From assembly GCA_048213135.1 (NCBI GenBank), contig PS015361.1, positions 46,524-93,092 of the forward strand: 46,569 nucleotides of DNA, written 5' to 3'. The notes under the pieces are model-generated. The model saw only the letters and a list, made by a program, of their open reading frames with translations, had not been told where the DNA came from and searched no databases. The position numbers and the translations under genes are program-made. The DNA comes from Reclinomonas americana ATCC 50394 (lineage: Eukaryota). Below are positions 12,538 to 27,800 of the stretch, one piece after another. Position 1 is the stretch's first letter; each line of letters begins with the position of its first letter.

Positions 12538-12927
12538 TCGTTGTTGTTGTGTGTGATCGCGGTTAGGTTGGTGGCGGAGGCTGAGGATGAGGGTGATCTA
12601 CTCGTTCTGTGTGCGTGTTGTGTGTGTGTGCGCGGAGTGCGTGATTGGAGACAGAGAGAAAGAGAGAGCAAGTGATGCTCGCGCGCGGGAAGGAAAAACT
12701 ACAACCACGACCCGCCAGCCGCTCCATGTTGCGCGACTCACTCACTCACACTCACACACTCTCTCTCCACACGCATGTGATCCTTCTCTGTGTGCTGCTA
12801 GTAACGCTTCATTGCTTCACCACCTTTCCTCGTCTGTTGTGTGTGTGAATATGAATATGGTTCGGACACTCACTCACACACACACGCACAGATCAAGTGA
12901 GGCGAGCACGCACGTGCGCGGTTTGGC

Positions 12928-15900
12928 ATGAACACTCCGTCGCGTGTGCTCGCGCGCCGCGTGCGGGAGAGCGGTGCCACCAGCACGCAACGACAACAAC
13001 AACAACAACAACAACAACAACAGGCGCGACTGGAGAGTGTGAGTGGCCGCGGCGGTCTGCTCATCAATGCCGCCACTCTGGCCGCCCTCGCACCTCCATC
13101 CGCGTCTGCGCCCAAGTCGGGTGGGTACCCGGTGGTGCCGGAGGCGCAGGGNNNNNNNNNNNNNNNNNNNNNNNNNNNNNNNNNNNNNNNNNNNNNNNNN
13201 NNNNNNNNNNNNNNNNNNNNNNNNNNNNNNNNNNNNNNNNNNNNNNNNNNNNNNNNNNNNNNNNNNNNNNNNNNNNNNNNNNNNNNNNNNNNNNNNNNNN
13301 NNNNNNNNNNNNNNNNNNNNNNNNNNNNNNNNNNNNNNNNNNNNNNNNNNNNNNNNNNNNNNNNNNNNNNNNNNNNNNNNNNNNNNNNNNNNNNNNNNNN
13401 NNNNNNNNNNNNNNNNNNNNNNNNNNNNNNNNNNNNNNNNNNNNNNNNNNNNNNNNNNNNNNNNNNNNNNNNNNNNNNNNNNNNNNNNNNNNNNNNNNNN
13501 NNNNNNNNNNNNNNNNNNNNNNNNNNNNNNNNNNNNNNNNNNNNNNNNNNNNNNNNNNNNNNNNNNNNNNNNNNNNNNNNNNNNNNNNNNNNNNNNNNNN
13601 NNNNNNNNNNNNNNNNNNNNNNNNNNNNNNNNNNNNNNNNNNNNNNNNNNNNNNNNNNNNNNNNNNNNNNNNNNNNNNNNNNNNNNNNNNAGACTGTGCG
13701 CGCGGCCATTCTCCTCCGCATCTTCCTCATCTGCACCGACAGTCAGCATCCCGATGACAAAAGCAAAAAACAAGCGGCAGCGACGCCACACAAAACAGAC
13801 CTCCATCCAGTGCAATCACACTGGGACTTCGCTTGCGCACCGACAGCGATCCCGGATGCCGCCGCACGACCGTGGTGGCGGGTGGCACACCTGCAGCTGG
13901 CGTGGATGTTTCACGACCCCAGCTCTCCAGGAAACCGCGCAACGCCACGGCCACTACGCGCGGAATCTGACACAGGAACTCGCACAGAATAACATGGTGC
14001 TCGTTGGAGAGAGCGACGACGCCGGCGTCGTCGTCGAACAGCACCTGGAAGCCCGGCAACACCGTGTATCGCACCAGCCGCTTGCGCCCAGCCAGTGCAC
14101 CCTCATCCAACAGTGCCTCCATCTCATCACTGTTGCTGCCTCTCCTCCGCTCGGCATTGTCGCCCGCATCGTCATCGTCGTCGGCATCATCATCATCGTC
14201 GGACTCATTATCATACACATCGCCAGCGCAGCACGGCGCACAAAACGCAAAGCGCCCATTGGCCGCCGCCCTCTGCCGCGCCCGCTCCGCCCGCAACGCC
14301 GCTCGCCGCCTCCGCCGCTCCCGTTTCTCCGCCTCCGTCGGCAACCTCTCAAACATCACCTCACCATCCACACAATACAACAGCGCCGGCACACACGCAT
14401 CCCACGAGACAGCGCGCGCCCGCTCGCCCGGCACCGCCGGCGCCGGCGGCAGCACACCAATCTCCACCAAGAACTCGCCCTCTTCCACACACCGTCGCGC
14501 CAGCTCAATCTCCACCGCCGACATTCCCAGCGCCAGATCCACATAATCACTCGAGCNNNNNNNNNNNNNNNNNNNNNNNNNNNNNNNNNNNNNNNNNNNN
14601 NNNNNNNNNNNNNNNNNNNNNNNNNNNNNNNNNNNNNNNNNNNNNNNNNNNNNNNNNNNNNNNNNNNNNNNNNNNNNNNNNNNNNNNNNNNNNNNNNNNN
14701 NNNNNNNNNNNNNNNNNNNNNNNNNNNNNNNNNNNNNNNNNNNNNNNNNNNNNNNNNNNNNNNNNNNNNNNNNNNNNNNNNNNNNNNNNNNNNNNNNNNN
14801 NNNNNNNNNNNNNNNNNNNNNNNNNNNNNNNNNNNNNNNNNNNNNNNNNNNNNNNNNNNNNNNNNNNNNNNNNNNNNNNNNNNNNNNNNNNNNNNNNNNN
14901 NNNNNNNNNNNNNNNNNNNNNNNNNNNNNNNNNNNNNNNNNNNNNNNNNNNNNNNNNNNNNNNNNNNNNNNNNNNNNNNNNNNNNNNNNNNNNNNNNNNN
15001 NNNNNNNNNNNNNNNNNNNNNNNNNNNNNNNNNNNNNNNNNNNNNNNNNNNNNNNNNNNNNNNNNNNNNNNNNNNNNNNNNNNNNNNNNNNNNNNNNNNN
15101 NNNNNNNNNNNNNNNNNNNNNNNNNNNNNNNNNNNNNNNNNNNNNNNNNNNNNNNNNNNNNNNNNNNNNNNNNNNNNNNNNNNNNNNNNNNNNNNNNNNN
15201 NNNNNNNNNNNNNNNNNNNNNNNNNNNNNNNNNNNNNNNNNNNNNNNNNNNNNNNNNNNNNNNNNNNNNNNNNNNNNNNNNNNNNNNNNNNNNNNNNNNN
15301 NNNNNNNNNNNNNNNNNNNNNNNNNNNNNNNNNNNNNNNNNNNNNNNNNNNNNNNNNNNNNNNNNNNNATCGTCGGTGCTCGCACCCAGCATGGTGTCTG
15401 TGGAAAAATACCCGGGCGTGGTTCGCTTGCATCACAACGACTATCCGGCCCTGCTGGACCCCGACCTCGACGCTCTCGAGGCGCGCAAGCAGCGGCGAGG
15501 GACGATTGACCTCGCCACCGCTTCCATGTTTCGTCTGCCTGGCTCCGCAGCGCCAACTCCCAAGCCGCAGGCTGGACTGTCATCTGTTCATGAGGCACGA
15601 TCGGACGCAGATGAACTCAGCAGGTTCCGTTGCATCCGCTCCGTGCGCACGAGAGCCATCATCGTGTACTCATTATGTCTTGCGTGTGAGCAGTGCTCTG
15701 CTGGGCAACCCATCGCTTGGACGCGTCCACGACGTGGCGCGACCGCGCGTGGAGCTGACGCAGGCTGAACGCATGTTGTCGCAATTGAATGCCAAACATG
15801 GCATTGTGGATAGCGCGCCGCCGGTTGCAGTGGCGTCGGCGATACCCGTGCGTCCGGTGCCATCGTGGACATTGCCGAACGAGGTGTTGCGCGCGGCGGC

Positions 15901-18900
15901 CCAGAAGCAGAATGGAGATCCGACGCACTGGGGCGACCAGGTGGTAAGCCCCGACGCCAGTGAGTTGGCGATGCTCACTGGACTGGTGGAGGTGTGTGTG
16001 TGTGTACGATGACAGCGATTGCCGCGTGTCGTGGGTGTGCGCGAACTCATGTGTCTCCCCCAATGCGTGTGTCTCACCACAGCCCTCCAATCGTCTGGGT
16101 TCACCGGCCTTGGCGCCAATCGACGCCCTGCAACGCGACTCATCGCCTCTGGGAGTGGTGCAGCCGTACGCCGCGGAGGAGGGGCTCGGTGCTGATGCCT
16201 CGTTTGATGACATGGTGGCGAATCTACTGCGGCGGCAGGGTGGTGATGAGGAGGGAGAGGCGGGCGGAGAAATGCTGGACACTGGCCAGATGCCGCCAGA
16301 GATGCTCATGCAACAGCTGCAGGAGCTGCAAGAGCAGCTCGGCATTGGTGCCGACGAACTTGCACATGTCCTTGAGGCGCATGCGCAGGGTGCAGAATTC
16401 GTGCGTCCTTTGCATCAAGAGTTGCCCGAGGAAGGACTGGCGGCGGAGGGAAGTGGCCTCGGTCTCCCCACGGCGCCGTCAGAGGGTGTTGCGGAGTTGA
16501 TGGCTTCGGCGGCGGCGGCGGCGGAAACAACTGCGGCGGTGGACTCGCCGACACCTCCTCCGCCACTTGTCGCCTCGCCACACCCGGTGAGTCGTGCTTG
16601 AAATCAGAGAGAGAGAGAGAGAAAGGGGTGTCGTCATCGGCATTCTCACACTTGCAATTTTGTACAGCCTCCCCCCGAAATCGACCTGGCGGCGTTTGGC
16701 ATGACCATTCCCGACATCAAGTTGCCGCCACTGCCGGTGGAGGAGGTGCCAGTGGTGGCGGTGGCGGAGCAGCAGGCACACGTGAATGAGCCGTCGTCAC
16801 CGCGTGCTGCGGACGCGTCTGCGTTGGCGGTCGTGCCGCAGACACCAGTAACTGTGGTGACCACTGTTGCGTGTGATTGTGGTGTTCCGTAGCAGATGCG
16901 CTTGGGTCTCTTTCACCAACATTTCTGCACTGGAACGCAGGTGACGGCCACTCTCTCGCCAGAGCAACTGGAGGAGATGGAATCGCAGCGCCGGAGATTG
17001 GACGAAGAAGAACGGCTGCTGGAGGAGCAGCGCAGATTACAGCAGGAGATGTTGGTGCATCAGGCAGAGCAGGATCGCCTGCAGGCCGAGCAGGCCAAGA
17101 TGCAGGAGGAGATGGATCGTTGCGTGTGTGTGGGAGTTGTTTTCCGTGTGCACTCGCATCCTCACGTCTCCCACACGCATGCCAGAGCGCATGCGCGAGT
17201 TGCAGGAGCAACTGAGGCAGCAGAACGATGTGTACGCACAAAGCCTGCTGAAATACGGAGAGGACATGGACGAGAAGCTGCGCGCACAGCAACAGAGTCA
17301 ACTCGCGAAGCAGGAAGTGCGTTGTTGCAGCGACTTTGAAGCTTACCTCCTCTCATGTGCAATCCTTTTTAATATGTGTGTCGGCAAACAGGAGGAGCTG
17401 CGGAGACTGGAGGCAGAATTCAAGTACCAGCAGCAGCAGCTGGTCGAGCAAGAGGTCAGTGGGCGTCACTGGTGACACACAATTTGCTGCGATCGCGGCG
17501 TTTGATGACGGTGGCTCATTGTGGGCGATTGCAGCTGAAAGTGGAGCTGGAGAAGCAACTTGCGGCGCAGCGGCAGGGCATGCAAGAGGAGCTGTTGTCG
17601 CTGATGGAACAGCAGCGAGCCGAATTGGCGCGTTCACAGGCCGAAGCCGACAAGGCCATGCAGGAGGAGCAAGTGAAGATCATGTCGGAGAACTTGCGCG
17701 TGCAGCTGGAAGAGGAGCGCCGGTGTGTATTGTTTTGCGGATTAGCCCCTCTTCTGCTCGGTATGGGATCTCTCTCTCAACCTTGCCTGCGTGTTGTGTC
17801 TGCGCGCAGTCGCCAAGACGAACAACAAAAATCAATGATGGAGGAGCGCCAGCAAGCACTGCTGAAGGAGCTGGAGGAGCAGGTTGGTGGAGCGTCGGTG
17901 AACCATTGATGCGTGTCCATTCTGCTGAACCGCATTGATCGTGCTGTAGCTGGCATCGCAAGCGGCTGCTCGACTAAAGGTGGAACAGGAGCGACTGGAG
18001 CGGGAGCGTGAGGAGGCTGAACGCAGTCGAGAAGCCATGCGACAGCAAATCGAACAGCAGCGACAGATGCTGGAGGCGCTGGAGGAGAGGCGACGCAAGG
18101 AGCTGCAGGAGATGGAGCAGCGATTGGAGTTGTTGAATCAGCAGCGAGTGGAGGAGCAGACGAAGCTGCGAGGTAATTTTTAGGAGTGTGTTGACGTGCT
18201 CGTTCCTGGTTGCTTACTGTGTCCGGGGCAGAGGAACAACGTCTCCTGATGGAGGCAGAGCGACAGCGTGTTGATGAGGAGCGACAACGTCTGCACGACG
18301 AAATCCGGCAGGCCACGGAGGTGGCGGTGGCGGCGGCCAAGGCCGCCGCTGCATCGGCTGCTACCGCGGCCGCCATTCCGCACGCAGCATTGCAGGCCGC
18401 AGAGCAGGCATCGATTGCTGCCGCGCAGCAACAGCAGCAGCAGCAACAACAATGGCAGCAGCAACAGCAGCAGCAGCAGCAGCAGCCGCAGTATGTGAAA
18501 CCGTCGCCAGAGGCATTCGAGATCAGCGGTGTTCCTGGTGCAGGACCAAGTGCGGCCGGCGATGCTGCCTCTCAGTCGTCGGTGCTCTACACTGGATCGT
18601 TGCCGCCGCAGCAGGTGGCCGGGGCGGTGCCGTCGTCGGTCTGTGACGCGAGAGAGTACTGCAGTGCTCATTCACAGCTATTGGTTACTTATTCTCCTGT
18701 GTATTCACGAGCAGGAGTCGGCCAAGGCGCGTGCTGGCGGGCGTGCAGACGGCAGTGCCGTTGGAGGCGACGTCAAGCTGACTGGTCAAGCGGGTCTGGG
18801 TGTCCTCGGCACACCTGGCATGATCTCTGTTGCATCCTCAGTGCGCCACTGCGCATTTATGTGCACGCTGTGATGTGTGTAATTCTGACCCTATCTTCTG

Positions 18901-19497
18901 TATTTTTTGCAGCCTTTGGCTGGCGGCGGCGATGCGGACGTGTCGGTGGCTGGCCGTGCCGCCAATCCAGTGCGATCGGCAGCGCTCAGTCCGCGTAGCA
19001 ATGCCAGCAGCACACCGCGTTCCGGTGCCAGTGGCGAGGAGTGGGAGCCACGACCGGAGCCTCTGCGGTTATCGCAGACGCCAACACGGCAGTTGAACCA
19101 AGCCATTCCGCTGGCCCAGCCCGCTCTGCTGGCCTCACGCACCACCCCGAGCCCACCGCCAATCGCGGCACCAGCGTCTCTCTCCGTCTCACCGCCTCGT
19201 CGGTCGCGTGCCTCGCTGTCGCCACCCGAGTACTCCACACGACTGCGCGATCTGTCACCACCCGGGGGCTCATCGCGGCTGTATGGACGCACTCCGCTCG
19301 AATTGTCGTATCAGGCGGTCGACCGCATTGATGAGTTTGCTCGGCAGCACGCCTCCGGTGAGGCACCGGTGGAGGAGAAAGCAGCCGTACGGCTTCCTCC
19401 GCTGGTGCGGCCGGCGCCGCCGTCGGCAGCCTCCATTGCTCAATCGTTGTCGCGTACNNNNNNNNNNNNNNNNNNNNGGTCGTCGTCTTTCGTTCTC

Positions 19498-19537
<40 letters not shown>

Positions 19538-20006
19538 CGATGTCTCACACACGTTTGGATGTCCTCGGCGCCACAGCCTCCGTCCATTGCACGCAGCAAG
19601 CGCACTGCGCCGCGCGGCTTCTCGACCAATCGCGCCAGCAATCAGGAACCCAAACCGCCATCGCAGCCGCCACCAACCGGCTCTTTTGTCCGCAAGTCGC
19701 GGTCGGCGCCGTCAATCGTGCGGCAGCCACGCAACAATAGCGCCCGCCAGCGCAGTGCAGGTGCGTCGTCATTGTTCGCAGAGCGTGTCAGATCCTGCAT
19801 CTCAACCACCGTGCATCACAGCGCCCAACTCGGACCGCTCGCCCGAGCGTAAGTCTCTCTCCCCACAGCGCTCCGACGACGTACCCGAAGATCTCTTCCC
19901 ACCGATGCGGTTACACTCGGCCGTGCGCAACACCTTCTTCCACCAATCAAAGGAGTGGCTGTCGGAGATTGCACAAAACAAGAGCCCCTCGACTGTGCGA
20001 GCGTAA
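12928..20006 (+). CDS. Large multi-exon protein with extended E/Q/R-rich coiled coil and low-complexity termini (interrupted by gaps and an inverted contig)
   Basis: Consecutive in-frame exons such as LSPEQLEEMESQRRRLDEEERLLEEQ and RLKVEQERLEREREEAE; TAA at 20004-20006. The 5' part (12928-15368) depends on flipping 13691-14556. Confidence 0.6.
13691..14556 (-). other. Gap-flanked contig, coding on the minus strand, apparently inverted relative to the surrounding + gene
   Basis: Open acidic coding frame on the minus strand. Its reverse-complement end (..CAC AGT CT) joins 15369 (A TCG TCG GTG) in frame. Confidence 0.55.
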
Positions 20007-20129
20007 TGCTCACTTTAGTGACCTAGGAAAATGTATGAATGTTTGATGTTTGGTTGTTACCGCACGCACGCTGCATTTTTTCATCCTTCGTCACACCATC
20101 GCACGTCTCTCCCTTCCACACCTATGTAC

Positions 20130-20921
<792 letters not shown>

Positions 20922-21139
20922 TGATCGCTCTGTCAGTGATGTTGAGTGCACCACAACACACGCGCACGCACACACAAACCGTGAGGCACACACCCACTCT
21001 CACTCACACTCACCTCTCTGTTCACAACGACACGCCGACAGAAAGACAGAGATAAGACAGACGCGCTGTGGGACATACACGTCCTTCTCGCTCTCTCTCT
21101 TGTGTGTGCGCGTGTGTGTGTGCGTCTCTTGCTCTGCCC

Positions 21140-21818
21140 ATGACACAACGGAACCGCGTAGTGACGGCCACTGCGTTTGCGCAGTTGCTGAAGCTTGAAG
21201 TAGGAGTTGCGGATGCGTGGTGCGCGCGCAATAACTATTTCTTGACACACTCACTCACCCTGCACGCCTTCACTCACCACCCACAGGAGGACTGGTCGCT
21301 GACATCTCAAGGCCTGTTTGTTGCATTCCAGAAGAGCAGAGTGTTTCGATGGACAGCATATCTGGTGAGCGTATGTGGCTTGTCTCTCATCTTGCACGCA
21401 TGCATGTAATCGGTCTCTCATCCTCACCTCGCAGGGTGGCATCTCGTGCTGGCTCGCTCGCTTCGCCAACTTCTTCTCGGCCGTTGTCCTCATGGCCATG
21501 GGCGGGTCGGACCAAGTGGGCACCGACGGCATTCTGGGCGCCTCAGTCGCCTTCAACACCACACAGTTCTTCGCCACTCTGCTGGCCATTCTCACGCTCA
21601 CGTGCGGCAGCTCGCATCAGATCGGGAAAGTGGGTCGCTTCTTGTCTGTGGCCCAATTCATGACCTTCATCGCCGAGATCTTCACGTGGGTGCGCTGGAA
21701 CAAGCTCATGGTCATTGGGCTGTACGGCAAGGCCTACTTGATTATCGTCACCATTGATGCCTGCACGTATCCATTCTTCCTCACCATGCAGTGGATCATG
21801 CGCGCGTGCTGTTGTTGA
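21140..21818 (+). CDS. Small multi-pass membrane protein of unknown function, ending -RACCC*
   Basis: Three exons joined in phase 0, several hydrophobic helices, TGA at 21816-21818. Confidence 0.65.
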
Positions 21819-21884
21819 TCTACCGAATACCAGTCAGTAACATGCTTTGTTGTTGTTTTACTACGTGTTCTCTTTCCCTCCACG

Positions 21885-24800
21885 TCAGTGCGGACCAAAG
21901 GCTGTGCACGGGCACGAGAGTGAGACAGCGGAGGAGTCATTCTTCGTGTGTGTGTGCGTGTGTACGTACCGTACATGGGTGTCGACAGTGGTGGATGAGC
22001 GGCGGGCGGGAGCAGTGTTGGTGGCGGTGGTGGGCGCACTGGGTTGGAGGCTGTTGTGGATAGTGCGTAGCCTGATGACCGCCTGCCGAGCGATGGACCG
22101 GCAGAGGCGGGTGCCAGCCGTTGAATCATGTGACCGCCACCCAGTACCATGTTGTCGGCTCGATGATCGCGACCGGAGACGCCGCCACCAGAGGGCGACG
22201 AAGATCGCGGCGACTTGTACATGGCGATGCCTGAGGCGCGCAGTATGAGTCAGTGCATGGTGCAGAAGAAATCAACAGCAGGGAACAACAACTCGCACCG
22301 GTCTCGTCAAACGCGCCGCCGGGCAGGGCGACAACAGCGGATGGAGGGGCGTCAGTACGCGCCGTCAACACAGACCAGGTGGTGAGGTCACGCTGGGTAT
22401 CTTGCCCGATGCCACCGGCACTGAAAGCACGAGCGGAAGCACTCTTGATGTTTCGGCGCTCCAGCACCCGCTCCCGTGCGCTCAACTGGCGCGCCAAATC
22501 ACGATCCTAGTATCAACACGGTGAGGTCAGCAGCGGCGCGCTCACTCGGACGGAGATTGATGCGCCCACTGACCTCTTTGTCGCGCAGCAGTTGCTCGCG
22601 TAGTTGGTTGGAAATCACCACAGCACGCTTGCGCTTCTCGTACTCCTCGTCCATGAGATTGGCAAGCTTGGACCGACGCTCGGTGCTGTCATGCGCAATT
22701 GAGAAATCGCTATGATTGCGCAAAAGCACACCGCAAAATCACAAGTCACTTGCCTCTCGTGCTTGCGCGCCGAAACCTCGACTCGTCGTCGGCGCTCGTC
22801 CTCCACCTTTCGTCTGGCAATGTCGGTCGTGCGCGACAGCTTGTCGACCATGTTGACGTGCCTGCGTGCATGAACGTTTACGTGAGCGACGCCGACCGCA
22901 ATAGTCACGAACGATCTCATGCGTGCAGTGCAGCCTGACCTGATGAAGTCGTCCGGTGTCACCTTGGGTTCCTCTGCATCTTCGTCGACCGCCGGTCGCG
23001 CGGTGTGTCTTGCGCTCAATTCGCGAGTTCGCTGCTGCTCGGCCAGCTGCCGTAATCTGTGTGCCCGCTTCAACGCCTCCCGATCGTACTTGTTGTTGCC
23101 GGCCTTCTCTTGTCTGTACACGCACGCAAAGTTAATNNNNNNNNNNNNNNNNNNNNNNNNNNNNNNNNNNNNNNNNNNNNNNNNNNNNNNNNNNNNNNNN
23201 NNNNNNNNNNNNNNNNNNNNNNNNNNNNNNNNNNNNNNNNNNNNNNNNNNNNNNNNNNNNNNNNNNNNNNNNNNNNNNNNNNNNNNNNNNNNNNNNNNNN
23301 NNNNNNNNNNNNNNNNNNNNNNNNNNNNNNNTCAAGCAGGCCGAACAGAAGCACCAACTGGCAGCTGAGCAGCGGCGCACTGTGTCGGCTGTGCGTGAGG
23401 CGTTGGAGATGCAACGGCAGATGGAGATTGCCGAGAAGCACTCGCGTATCCAGGACATGCGTACACAACAGCGAGCCACACAGCAGCTCATGGCTCATGT
23501 TCGTGCCGTGGCCACCGCCACCATGCGAGTTGCGTTGAACGCATAGATATTGAGAGAAAGAGTGACTCGTTGACTGATCACTGCGTCATTTTGCCACGCT
23601 TGCAGTCACAAGACAAGGAGGCGGCTCGGCGTGCGCGAGAGATTGCCGATGCGGAGCACCAGCGGAATGTGTTGCAGCGGACGTATGAGATGCGCACACA
23701 GCGCAGTCTCAGCAAGAAACAGTTCCGCGAATCACAGCAACTGATACTGTTGCGTCCTCCCACTTGGATTGCATGATGGATGGCTTCTTCTTCTGTCAGT
23801 CNNNNNNNNNNNNNNNNNNNNNNNNNNNNNNNNNNNNNNNNNNNNNNNNNNNNNNNNNNNNNNNNNNNNNNNNNNNNNNNNNNNNNNNNNNNNNNNNNNN
23901 NNNNNNNNNNNNNNNNNNNNNNTGGCGAGCGACTCGCGCGGCGACTGCGCCGAGTCGTGAACCATGGCACCGTCACGCCTGCCCTCCAGCGTCAAATCCT
24001 CGGTCGGCTGCCGGGAGCCTGGCATAGATCCGAGGAAGCGTTTCGACAAGGTCCCCGTAATGAACGGCAGATCCGAAGCAGCTGCCGAGGCCAACTCCGC
24101 GCGATTTGGTATTGTGAGTGACGGCACGAGTGGATGCTGTCCCTCCGACGACGTATCCATGCCTCCGTTTTGCATGGAAGTCAGCGTGGAAGAGAGGGTC
24201 ACAGGCTGCGACTGAGCAACGGTGGTGCCCGTGTGCATGACACGCCGATGTACACCCGCGCGAATGCTGATGCGACGCGGTGTTAAGTGGACCATGACAG
24301 GCAAATGATCTCCAGTGGAACGCGCCGTCCCTGTGCACGGGGGGTGGTGAGTTGGATGTCGCCGAGTAAATCTAGTGCCTGCAATCCGACTCACCAATTC
24401 TGGTCAGCAGTCGATACAGAGGCACCTTGACGGCATCCGGCATCGAAGCAATAGCCGCTGCGGCACCGGCGGCATCGGCTGTGTGCGAGAAGAAGCACGA
24501 GTGTGGGTGGCGAGATGGGGTGACTGCGAAGTAGAGGCGACGCACTTGCGGCAGGATCACGAGAGGCGAATACTTTGTTGCGCGCGGATATCATTTGTTG
24601 TTCGCGAGCCATGCGCTCATCGTGAGCCTGCTGCTTGGCTCGCGAGCGCTGGAGCAGCGCATCGACACGACGGTTCTTGAATTCCTAGAGCCAGGCAAGA
24701 TATCATTGAGCGACATGCAGTATGTGCGACAAGGAGAGAGCAAAGACCCACTCAACTCGCCACGCCCGCTGGAATATCCGTGCCGCGTGCTCCATTCTGC

Positions 24801-27800
24801 GCGCAAGCAATGATGAATGGCTCTGTTCGCGCTCACTGACAACTCGCGTGCGCACGCATACCGCAGAGCAACCGAGTCAACCATAAAGTACACGAGCGAA
24901 TCCGCCGGTCGATGGCACAGAATACCAAACAGCAAGCAGCGGATCCACACTGTGTGCAACAGGCCAGTTAGTGTTTGGTCGGGGTTGTATTCGAGCAGCT
25001 CAACGTGCACAAACCAGTGCGCGCATCGTCGTAAGTAAAGAGCACAACATCCTGCACGCCGCCAACAGACTCCATATACAATCTGCGTCAACACAGACCC
25101 GCGTCATGCAAAGGTCGAATGATTCGACATGCGTGCGCGCATGGCACTGCGGTACCTCAAATTCTCGTCCAGCCTGCACGCCACCTCCACAGTGGACGCT
25201 GGAATGTGCGACATGCGCGATCCCCAGCGCACCACCGACGAGAACTTGCGCTGCCGCCAGTAATAAATGTCGACACCATCTGTGGTGTGTGTGCGCTGTG
25301 TCAGGGCGCGGCACGCAGTACTCAGCGCATGAACACTTTCTCTCGCAACTTCGTGGCGGAACATACTGCGCCATCGTGTTCTTCAACCACGCCGGCACGA
25401 ACTCGTACTTGCGCGGGGCCGCAATCATGCACACTTTTTCTGAATCCTCTGCCAGCTCTGCGCCGCAACACAAGGGTTGAGACGCCAATCACCAACATGT
25501 TCTGACCACTCACTGTACACACCCTGAACCGTATCGGGACTGGCTGGCTGGAGTGGATCGCCCTGGCAGTGAGACACGAGCAGTGAGGCAAGCGCAAGGA
25601 GAGCAAGAACACGCAGCACATCCACACATGCCTTTAGCGTGTACGCATAGCAGACGGCAATCGCCTGCTCTGGAGCCAGTGCGCGTGGTTGAATAGAGTC
25701 CAGCCACTCGGCACGCTCCATGGCCGACGCCGGCAAAAGTGCAAAGCGCGAGTTCATGGTGACATTGTGCAGTGCACGCGCGTGCACCACAATGTACCAG
25801 CGTAGTCTGTTGCGCGTAAAAGAGATGAGTGGCACGGCACGCACGTCGACACATGGTGACAACAAGTCGTGGACACACCGTCCAATCGTACCACGCCACC
25901 ACCGCTGGATGCATACGGCTGCACGACGCCACTGCACGCGCTCAAACAATGGCGGTTGCAGCGCACGGAGGGCACGATAAGCCCTCCACGAGGCCTTGTG
26001 GACACGAGAGTGAGACCAAAGGCAAGGTGAGACGCCGGGTGAATGAACACCATGTGCACCTGAATACTCGTGGCCGCGGCATCCTCTTGCAGTGTGCGTG
26101 CATCGTCGATAATGTACCTGGGTGGGAGGAAAAGAAGTGGTCGTGTGAGGCAGAAGAAGCACGCACTGGAGGTTGGAAAAAAACAAACCGTCCGCCAGTC
26201 AAGTATCGCATGGCGACCACGAACGACGCGGCTCGGTAGCGATCGCGCAACTCCAGCCACAGCAGCTCATGCGGAAACCCATGCTGCTGACTGTCCTGCA
26301 TAACACTGTGCAGCTTCTGCAGCTCGCTCTCCCTGAACATCGCAAATGTAGTGTCAGCCATCAGACTGAGATAGGTGTGCGGTCAGTCGCCTCTTGCCGC
26401 ACCTCACAAAACTGCGTCGATGCACGTTCGACGGCAGTCGAGGCATGCAGAATGTGCGCAACCTATGGTTGCGTTGAAGCGTGCGAATGCTGTTGGCTGC
26501 CGGCAGGAGGCGCACGGGGAGGTTGGACGGCGACACGACGTGCGATCCGTACACGTCTTTCGACTCGGCGGCGGTGGCCGTCGGCAGCTGCCCATTCTCC
26601 GTCAGGAGAATGACACCGAGTGTACCCAGATCGCATGGACTGTAGGAATTGGCAATGGTGCTGGCCAGCTGCAGTGCGCGCTCCACCACCGGTCGCAGGG
26701 GTGCCGGAAACGCATAACACTGCACCACAACACAACACACGTCAGCGCGACTGCGCAGAGAAGCGGAAACTCGCAAGGCGTGAACTCCACCTGCACTGCC
26801 GAGAGACGAGCAGCCAGCTGACGGCGCATTTGCATGCGCGTGCGGAACCTGCGTTGAATCGTGACTGCTGCACGCTGGCGCACGATCGATCGTGGAGGAT
26901 GGACTCTGCGAGAGGGTGTGAGTGTGTGACGATCGCGGGGGACGAATATACAAAGCGAGGCAGGAGCGAAACTTGCGAACGACGATGCCGCGGAAGATGC
27001 GTTGGATTTGTGTCGCGGCGTGTCGTGCTCGATCGCGCTCCACAATAAACTTGCGTCGTGTGAACCACATGCGCATGACACTCTGAATGCACGCCGCGGC
27101 CGACGCACGCGACGACAGTGCACGAACGCGCAGGCGCAGTCGATCGATGAACCACGCTCGCTTGCCCGAGCGCCAAAACTGCACGGCAAAGAGACCCGCA
27201 TCGCCCGTCAAGTTCGGCACGAAGCATCGAGTCGACGAGCGACCCCACACTGGGTTGTCGGCTTGGAGCCCTGCGACGCACGAAGGTGAGCGAATGATCA
27301 CATCGCACACCGTGCGTGTGTGTCTGTCACCTTGCACAACGTCCTCGTCGACCACCACGTGCTCGTCCAGCAGCACGAGTCGTGCGCTGAGGTGGTTAAT
27401 GGCGAACTCGCGATAGTTGGGATGCATCGCCACCGGATTCTGGAACAGCGTGAGGATCTCCAGCTGCGTCAACACCGCCTACACGCACACACAAAGGAGT
27501 GAGTTGCACACACTCACGGTCGGTCTCAGGAGAGATCGACGAACCAACTCGCACAGATTGCGCAGACTGGAAATGTAGTTGCGATGCAGTAACAGCACAC
27601 GCAGATTCGGCAGCGACTGCCACGTGCGCGCCGACGCCGGCAATCGCTGCAGTTGATTTCCGTGCAGATCGAGCACTTGCAGGCCGTGCAGATCCCACAC
27701 AAACGGTGCTGGGGGGGCAATCATCATCATGATGAGATACAGGGTGGTGATTGATCGCGTCATCAGCAATCACTGACGCAACTCGACACCATGTCCGTGA

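Noticed and set aside
13043-16012. Very long ORFs (989 aa, 623 aa) in the ORF track
   Set aside because: Artefacts of translating through N gaps.
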